From Bigelowiella natans CCMP2755 (taxonomy: Eukaryota > Protista > Cercozoa), in assembly GCA_000320545.1 (NCBI GenBank), contig ADNK01003228.1:1-61187 (forward strand): a stretch of 61,187 bases of DNA. Direction: 5' to 3'. Below the pieces are notes generated by a model. The model did not search any database and had not been told where the DNA came from. It was given only the letters and a program-made list of their open reading frames with translations. Of this stretch, positions 54,901 to 61,187 are shown in pieces. The stretch's first letter is position 1. Every line of letters begins with the position of its first letter. The position numbers were made by a program, and so were the translations under genes.

Positions 54901-57900
54901 GAAGTGGGCATCAAGGCCAGCCTTGGCCCACACCTTAGCGAAGCTGAGGCCTACAGAGTTCTCCTTCCGGTAAGCAGTAGTAAAAGCAGCTGCAGTCCTA
55001 GCGTAGGTAGGGGAGAACCTACGTAGTATCCAAGCTGCAGTCTGCAAGAATGACTTTAACTCCTTTGCATTCTTAGGTTTAGGGGCTTGCTGTAGTGCTG
55101 CTACTTTCTCGGGGTTTGGGGTGATGCGGCCTTGCTCCAGGTAATATCCACACCACTTGATTCTTGTAGCTAGGAATGTACACTTCTGCAGTCTAATAGT
55201 AAAACCGAAGTGTGCAAACCTAATAAATATATTTTCCAGGAGGAAGATCTGAGCGACGACTGTGTTGGTACATATTATGTCATCATCCACATACACAAAC
55301 ACAAACACCCACAACACAGACGCCATCCCATCATGTGTGTATGCCCTGTAGTTCTGACTACTGAACGCATCCCCTGATATGCTTAGGCCGTAAGGGAATA
55401 CGACGAAGTGCCACTTCCTGTGCCTGCTGGAGAACGCGGTAATGGGGCGGGAGGTTTTGTGGATGGGTGTCTGCATGTATGATTCATTTTTATCTAGGGA
55501 AGAGTAGTATTTGTATCCTATGACGTGTTCAATAACGTCATCTATCCTTGGTGTAGGTGTCTGGATCCTCTTTATTACTCGGTTGTGGCGGATGAAGTTG
55601 TGCGCCAGGCGGAAGAAAGGGTAAGTAGGTTTCTTAGCTAGCACATGTCTCACGTTCCATGGTGAGTTGCTTGGCTCTATCTTCCCTTCCTTTGCCCATT
55701 CATTGATCTGCCACTCTATCTTTTCCCAGTCCGCTTCCGGTCGCCTATGTTCTGGGTCATTGATGATGCACTCTTCGTATCCCTTCTTTAGCTCGATCTT
55801 TACTGGGGTAAGCTTGCTGGAGGGCTTCGTCGTCGGCTTGGTGATGTCAGAGTACTTCTCGTTTAATATTTTATTAATGTACTTTTTGCCTTTGTCGATA
55901 TCCCAATCATCAGCTGGGGGGGTCTTGTCCAGTAGCTCCGTTATCTGTCGGATGGTCTTGCCGGGGTTCTTCTTCCGTAGCTCGGTAGGTGTAGGTAGCT
56001 TGTTGTCCGCTAGGTCCATAAACTCTAACGCATTAACGCTTGACTCAGAGGTCCACTCGTCAAGCCGTATCATGTTCTGGCTGATGGTCCTGCCTGACTT
56101 CTTTGGCAACTTAGCAAAGTATATCTTGTGATTGTAGAATGATATGATCCCCCCTAATTTTTCTAGGGCATCCTGTCCGAGGAGTAGTTCCATGGATAAA
56201 GTCATGGCTACTCGGGTCTTGATTTGGGTCTCCGCGTCGCTGCCAGGTTTCTGTAGCTTTAGCATTAGCTCACCGACGGTCTTCATGGAAGAGCTTCCGT
56301 CTGCTTGAGCATATTTACGTTCTTTCTTAGTCACTTGATCCAATAGTCCTAACCTTCTTACTGTGCTTAGGCTTATGAAGGACTTCGGCATGCTGCCACT
56401 ATCCCAAAGGGCAGGTAGTTTCTTGTAGTCTCCGTAGCTGTCTTTAACTTTAACCTTGGTCATAGCAACTTTGATAGTCCTGTTAGCGTCTTCGTCATTA
56501 ATGTTGCATACTCCTAAGTTCTTTATGTCGTCTAGGGTCATGGGCTTGTCTTGGTCCTGCGTTGCTGGTACTGCTGTCTTCGTCGGCGCCTGCTTAAGGT
56601 GATCTAATATTCCGTTTATCTGCTGCTGTATAGCATTGATACTGTTCTGCTTTTTGTTCTTATATTTATTGTTCTTCCCGTTGTTGCTGCCTTGCCATTT
56701 GCTGTTGTTATATCCTTGTCCTCTGCCTTTCTTTCTCTTTAACTTCTCGTAGTGTTCGTTGAGCTGCCTGATCGTCATCCTGGGTCGTCCTTCTTTCCTG
56801 TCTCTGCAGTCTTTAGCGGTGTGTTTCCCTTTACGTGAGCAGTATCCGCAACGTCGGTTACCTTCCCTGTCCTTGTACCAGTCTCGCTGCGGCTTAATAG
56901 CGTTAATGTTTCCTATGCCAGGTACCTTAGGGCTGGTAAACTTGCGGTCCTGCTCCTGCTCGCGTAGGGATATAGCCTGCACTGCTGCCTCCATCGTGGT
57001 GTAGCCTTTCTCCGTAACGTAAGTGGATTCCTTTATCTTTAACTTGAACTCTTCAAACCTTGCCTGATCATCACCTGTGTTGTAATTAAAATCATGTAGT
57101 TCGTCGATCATATTAAAGTCGCAGAGTATACTCCTAGCGTTCTTCCACCACCTCCTTGCCTCACCTCTTTTCCCGTTGTATTTCGTTATCATAACCGGTG
57201 CTGTTTTAACAGACATGAACTGGGTGTTCCGCTGTACCGGCTGCTGCTGCTTGACGGTGCTCTGGGTCGTCCCCCGCGAGGCGCCCAGACCCCCGTCGTT
57301 CCTAAACAAAGCTGCCCACTCTGGAGGTAAGTCTGCTTCGTAATCCATGATGTCCTGCATGATAGCTGCCCAAACATCATGTGTCTGATACTTGTATTCT
57401 ATCGATACTTTCAGTTTGGCGTAGTTGCTCGCCCTGGGTCGCAAGGCTCGTAATGCCATTACGACCTTCTTGCTTTCGGCGGCCACGTCCTCGTCGTCCG
57501 CCTCGTAGAAGTTCTCCAGTGCCTCTGCTGCTGCATCTGCTTTCTTAATCCCGGGTGCTGGTCCCGGCGGTGCCTGTGGAGGTGTTCCTCCTCCTTCCTT
57601 AGCGTCCGTATCGCCCTTCCTTTCCTGTTTCTGCTCGTGCCCTTGCACGGCCTGCGAGCCAAAGTCCTGCTGTTCTTCTAGCTGCTGTGACATTGTTAGT
57701 CAAATCGTTTCCCGTGTGTGGAAGCCAAAGGTTGTTGCGCGTAAGGTGTTCACAGGCCGAGGCGCTACGTGCACAAGTAGGCAGGGGGGGGGAAAGGCAC
57801 GTTTGCTTCCTTTTGAAGAGTTGTGTTTATTTTTATTAAAGATTATATTTTTATTAAATCGTGCACTGCGTAATCATTCGCGAAGCTTTCGCGAATGCCG

Positions 57901-58123
57901 CCGCACGTGGGGCAGCACACTTCCGGTGTGCTGCCATGAGTCCCGCCGGAACCCACGTGCCTATGCTGTATTAATATCTACGTTATCTATATTCTATATC
58001 CGCGACAACCCCTTTGTTGTCGCACGTGACTTGTGCCCGCGTAGTGGTACGCGCTACATGAATGTGATTATTACTGTCAAGGTGCAATGGGTTCCAGGTG
58101 CTGTACCGAAGGATGAGCTTTAA
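50543..58123 (+). CDS. ER-lumen Sep15/SelM-like thioredoxin-fold protein ending in KDEL; the last intron hosts retroelement copy 2
   Basis: Signal peptide MALTRLLPLGLLSTLCILQVLG; PASCKMRNMFGAVLK-FIEKDAPHY-PELKVTEINHTQSPMLKIYD. Exon 52081-52131 (IGNMESPEITKLLNKYK) joins in phase 0 to 58082-58123 (VQWVPGAVPKDEL*). Confidence 0.75.
51643..51935. repeat. Intronic (TA)n(GT)n and (GT)n(GA)n microsatellites
   Basis: Directly visible. Confidence 0.9.
52407..52732 (-). repeat. 3' LTR of copy 2
   Basis: 326 bp, preceded in element orientation by the polypurine tract. Confidence 0.97.
52784..57693 (-). pseudogene. Gag-Pol of copy 2: ORF 53197-57693 (1498 aa) with an in-frame capsid deletion and a frameshifted C-terminus; the native tail is stranded at 52784-53218
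   Basis: Protease WDSGS, RT YVDD (55282-55293), RNase H TDWS/E/TDH/AD, integrase HGPAH...CRC and D,D,E. The 264-bp deletion (versus copy 1) and 200-bp duplication (versus copy 3) are seen by direct comparison. Confidence 0.9.
53099..53498. repeat. 200-bp perfect tandem duplication inside pol of copy 2
   Basis: 53099-53298 repeats at 53299-53498; single copy in element copy 3. Confidence 0.95.
57733..58058 (-). repeat. 5' LTR of copy 2
   Basis: 326 bp, followed in element orientation by ACCTT and the PBS. Confidence 0.97.
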
Positions 58124-58502
58124 TGCGACAGTAGCACACACTCCTAGATTTATCCGATGTGGCATTGATTAGCAAGCAGTGTAATTTGTATGCACATGCA
58201 CAGCATTCGATGTTTGCCGATCCCATGCGCATGAACGGAACGCAGAATTGTCGCAGGACTGAGCAATCGAATCCCATGCATGCCATGCTTATCCTCTTCG
58301 TTATTGTCAATACTGGAAGCATCATACACGAGCGACACACAGAGCACTTGTGCATTGTATGACGTGGCAACTACCCATTATTTCCTCGCTCTAAGTGATG
58401 CCTTAGTACTAGCGACTGCTGTGCGTTGGCCACGTATAGCTATAAACCAGCATCCATTTAATTCATCATATTTTTTATTCATTCGTTGAGTTAAACTTGA
58501 GA

Positions 58503-58956
58503 TCAAATGCCTCCAAGGGAATTGTAATCATGCTCTATTAAGTACGTGTCCTTCTCTTCAACCCCTCGTTCTGGCTTAAGATAAAAAATCTCGTGAAAGG
58601 AGTCAATGGTCATTTGTATGCCGCACTTCTCTGTTTCTCTCAAGAGCACGTAGGCTTGAATGGGCTTGGTACCGGTACTCGCTGAGCGCAACCAAAGACA
58701 TATTAAGTGGATTGTTACAAATAAGATAAGACTTAAATTGAAACCATAAAATCGAACCTATGGACATTACGACGAAGAGAATATCCATGTAGGTAAACAA
58801 AGTGTAGTCTGGGAAGTATGCTATCCAGCAAAGGATATCGTGGGCAATGGTGAAGATGAAGAACAAATTGAATATTACGAGAGCCTGATGGGGTAATAAC
58901 ATGACATTCGAATTTGATCACAAAACGAATGAATTCACTCGCACCTGCTTGTTGAA
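58503..58956 (-). CDS. 3' exons of an unidentified membrane protein gene interrupted by retroelement copy 3
   Basis: FNKQ, 60-nt GT-AG intron, ALVIFNLFFIFTIAHDILCWIAYFPDYTLFTYMDILFVVMSI, intron, ASTGTKPIQAY...LGGI* (stop at 58503). Phases are consistent. Confidence 0.6.
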
Positions 58957-61187
58957 TGTTGCGCGTAAGGTGTTCACAGGCCGAGGCGCTACGTGCACAA
59001 GTAGGCAGGGGGGGGGAAAGGCACGTTTGCTTCCTTTTGAAGAGTTGTGTTTATTTTTATTAAAGATTATATTTTTATTAAATCGTGCACTGCGTAATCA
59101 TTCGCGAAGCTTTCGCGAATGCCGCCGCACGTGGGGCAGCACACTTCCGGTGTGCTGCCATGAGTCCCGCCGGAACCCACGTGCCTATGCTGTATTAATA
59201 TCTACGTTATCTATATTCTATATCCGCGACAACCCCTTTGTTGTCGCACGTGACTTGTGCCCGCGTAGTGGTACGCGCTACACCTCCCCCAAGTCACGTT
59301 GCTCCTTCCTTCCTTCCTTATTCCCTTAGACCTTCATCGCTTTCGGAACTTCACCAACCACCAGGTAATAGATTCCTCTCTAACCTTATCTCCTTTGTCG
59401 CTTACCCAGAACTCACCTTCGTCCTTAGGTTCGTGTCCATACCAGCCCTCTGCATCAAGGTCCCCCAGGACCTTATACCAGTGCTCAAAGGGTAAGTCGG
59501 GAACAGCTAGGTAGAGTAGCTGATATTTTCCGTCCTTTATTTTCATAGCTACCCTCTCCATATTTCGTAATCCAGGGTAGCCTAGATAGACAATCTTCAT
59601 GCGCCAATCGTCGTTCACCCTGACCTTATTGTTTCCATATTCCACATCGAACTTAGGTCGGGGTCCTAAACAAGGCATTGCTCGCTCCCACACAGTAGGG
59701 TTTACTTTAACATCCTCTAGGAGCTTCTCACCGATATCATAATTCTTTAGGTGACTGATGTGGCGCAAGGTGACCCTGTTCCCATCATAGATGTAGTACT
59801 GCTTCCTCCCCTTCCTCTCGGTAACCTTTGCAACGCCACCCCAGAAGGGGTCTTGTTTATTTCTCGATCTCAGATTTACCTTGGCCCTAACATACTGTCC
59901 TTCCTTTAGAACTCGGCCATCGTACGGGACCTTCTCGTCTTCGCTCTCGGTATCGTCGTCGTTGTCGTCGCCTTCTTCCCTCTCCTTATCCTTGATACCT
60001 CCCCCAGACGTGAAGGTGTCGTTTACTAACCCTTGTATCTTGTTTGGTGTGGTGCTATTTATCCTGCTTAGGTTGGCCAAGGTGCGGTGGAGTCGCTCTA
60101 CCTTGGAGTTGGACTGGGCATAGTATACAGGTGAGGCATCAATATTAGGGTGTGGTAGCTGTAGAAGAGAGGTCTCATTATCCACATGTAACTTCTTTGG
60201 TATCTTGTTTATGCTAACTTCATCAGGGATAGCCTGGAGCTCAGACTCCCAGGTACGGTAGCAGTTAGTAAGCCTCTGCTTATATAAGCCTTTGTTCTTC
60301 TTAGCAACGTTGACCTTGATAATCTTTTTAACCCAGCACTTTCCAGTGGCCACATCAACGAAGGTAAGGTAGTGATAGCCATCGTACTTATAAACATCAA
60401 TTTGCACGATATCTAAGAAGTTCCTTGCTTTGATTTTCTTAGATGCACGGCTCTTGCTGGACTCCTTGGTGGCGACGCCTGCCGCCTTCAAGCTGGAGCA
60501 CCTGCAGCCACGCAGGTATGTCCTTATCTCTTTTAGCTTGTAGGGCCAGTAGTAATGGTAGAGTAGAGCAGTGATATGGTTTTCTCCTACGTGTGCAGGT
60601 CCATGGGCGGTAAAGAGAAGGGCTCCCCTGGTCCGCCGTGGCACGTAGGTACGCCTAACATTATTAGTGTATACATATATCCTATCACTAAGTACCTCAT
60701 GCTTGTGTTTGTATTTATCCAGGTGTTCTTGAAGGTGCTGGAGCTCCTCTGGCTCAGGCAGGAAGTCGCCGTCCTCGAAGGTAATCGCGTTAACCATAGG
60801 GGTGACCTGGGTAGGGACTTTCTTTTCGAACAGCCTGCTGAAATAGTCAGCAAGCTGCTTGTCTCCTGGTGCGTAGACCACTGTCCTCTTGTCCCTAAAC
60901 TCTTCCGTGTCCGCCCTCATAGCTGCATACTCATCGTTAGGCGCTTCGAGCTTGCGGTCGATGCCTAGGAGGGGCTTGTGGTCAGTCATTAAGGTGAAGC
61001 TGGGCACCGACAGCAGGTAGTATCTTAGTTTCCTCTGCGCCTCAGTCATGGCTTTATACTCTCCTTTTGTAGGGCTGTACTTGGCCTCAGCTGCTGTGCA
61101 GGCCCTGCCCCACACCCGTATGATCTGCTGGTCTTGGGTAAGTACAGCACCCATACCTAGCTTAGACCAGTCTGTCCATAGGGTAGC
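58957..61187 (-). mobile_element. Ty3/Gypsy LTR retrotransposon copy 3 (3' LTR 58957-59282, intact RNase H-integrase tail; runs off the window)
   Basis: Matches copy 2 apart from two substitutions noticed and the absent 200-bp duplication. PPT at 59283-59290; left flank TTGAA. Confidence 0.96.
59334..61187 (-). CDS. Pol C-terminal part: RNase H, integrase (HHCC, DDE, GPY/F-SH3-like) and an extra ~125-aa C-terminal domain; partial
   Basis: Uninterrupted ORF (606 aa from the first Met) ending ...ITWWLVKFRKR*. Confidence 0.93.
   Translation of the reverse strand, partial: ATLWTDWSKLGMGAVLTQDQQIIRVWGRACTAAEAKYSPTKGEYKAMTEAQRKLRYYLLSVPSFTLMTDHKPLLGIDRKLEAPNDEYAAMRADTEEFRDKRTVVYAPGDKQLADYFSRLFEKKVPTQVTPMVNAITFEDGDFLPEPEELQHLQEHLDKYKHKHEVLSDRIYVYTNNVRRTYVPRRTRGALLFTAHGPAHVGENHITALLYHYYWPYKLKEIRTYLRGCRCSSLKAAGVATKESSKSRASKKIKARNFLDIVQIDVYKYDGYHYLTFVDVATGKCWVKKIIKVNVAKKNKGLYKQRLTNCYRTWESELQAIPDEVSINKIPKKLHVDNETSLLQLPHPNIDASPVYYAQSNSKVERLHRTLANLSRINSTTPNKIQGLVNDTFTSGGGIKDKEREEGDDNDDDTESEDEKVPYDGRVLKEGQYVRAKVNLRSRNKQDPFWGGVAKVTERKGRKQYYIYDGNRVTLRHISHLKNYDIGEKLLEDVKVNPTVWERAMPCLGPRPKFDVEYGNNKVRVNDDWRMKIVYLGYPGLRNMERVAMKIKDGKYQLLYLAVPDLPFEHWYKVLGDLDAEGWYGHEPKDEGEFWVSDKGDKVREESITWWLVKFRKR

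Larger units (their letters stand above)
52407..58058 (-). mobile_element. Ty3/Gypsy LTR retrotransposon copy 2, both LTRs present (5652 bp), internally defective
   Basis: LTRs at 52407-52732 and 57733-58058; TSD TGAA at 52403-52406 and 58059-58062; PBS 57710-57727; PPT GGGGGAGG 52733-52740. Domain order PR-RT-RH-IN is the Ty3/Gypsy order. Confidence 0.98.

Noticed and set aside
59709-59910. Chromodomain at the integrase C-terminus
   Set aside because: No aromatic-cage chromodomain pattern (Y.VE.I...YLVKW.G.....WEP). The segment fits the ordinary GPY/F-SH3-like integrase C-terminal region.
1-61187. tRNA, rRNA or other structured ncRNA genes
   Set aside because: None recognisable by eye; the only tRNA-like sequence is the PBS. 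tRNAscan-SE or Infernal would be needed to exclude them.

Overview
Gene-dense, intron-rich eukaryotic nuclear DNA. Several proteins carry signal-peptide plus transit-peptide-like leaders, which suggests an alga with a secondary plastid such as a chlorarachniophyte (inference only). I can reconstruct 12 host genes by hand from GT-AG spliced exons: a membrane-anchored SWIM zinc-finger protein, a GNAT acetyltransferase, a raffinose-synthase/Sip1 (GH36) protein, a large Tudor-like + DUF89/ARMT1-like probable pseudoenzyme, CAF-1 p60, an intronless DHX16/Prp2, PEX11, plastid-type RsmD, a large multi-pass membrane protein, MTA/SAH nucleosidase, a Sep15/SelM-like KDEL protein and the 3' end of a membrane protein. 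There are three near-identical minus-strand copies of a very young, compact Ty3/Gypsy LTR retrotransposon (326-bp LTRs, 4-bp TSD, single gag-pol ORF of about 1657 aa in consensus); the window starts and ends inside copies. The most striking item is the C-terminus of this element's integrase: after the GPY/F-SH3-like region it carries a ~125-aa domain that follows the motif pattern of DIRS-type Dam-like N6-adenine methyltransferases but with degenerate catalytic motifs, next to a shortened DD(27)E core. Also notable: CTAG/GCATGC-rich tracts at every gene 3' flank, almost perfectly alternating gene orientation, and retroelement insertions inside two host genes. Exon boundaries and family calls were made by eye without database searches.
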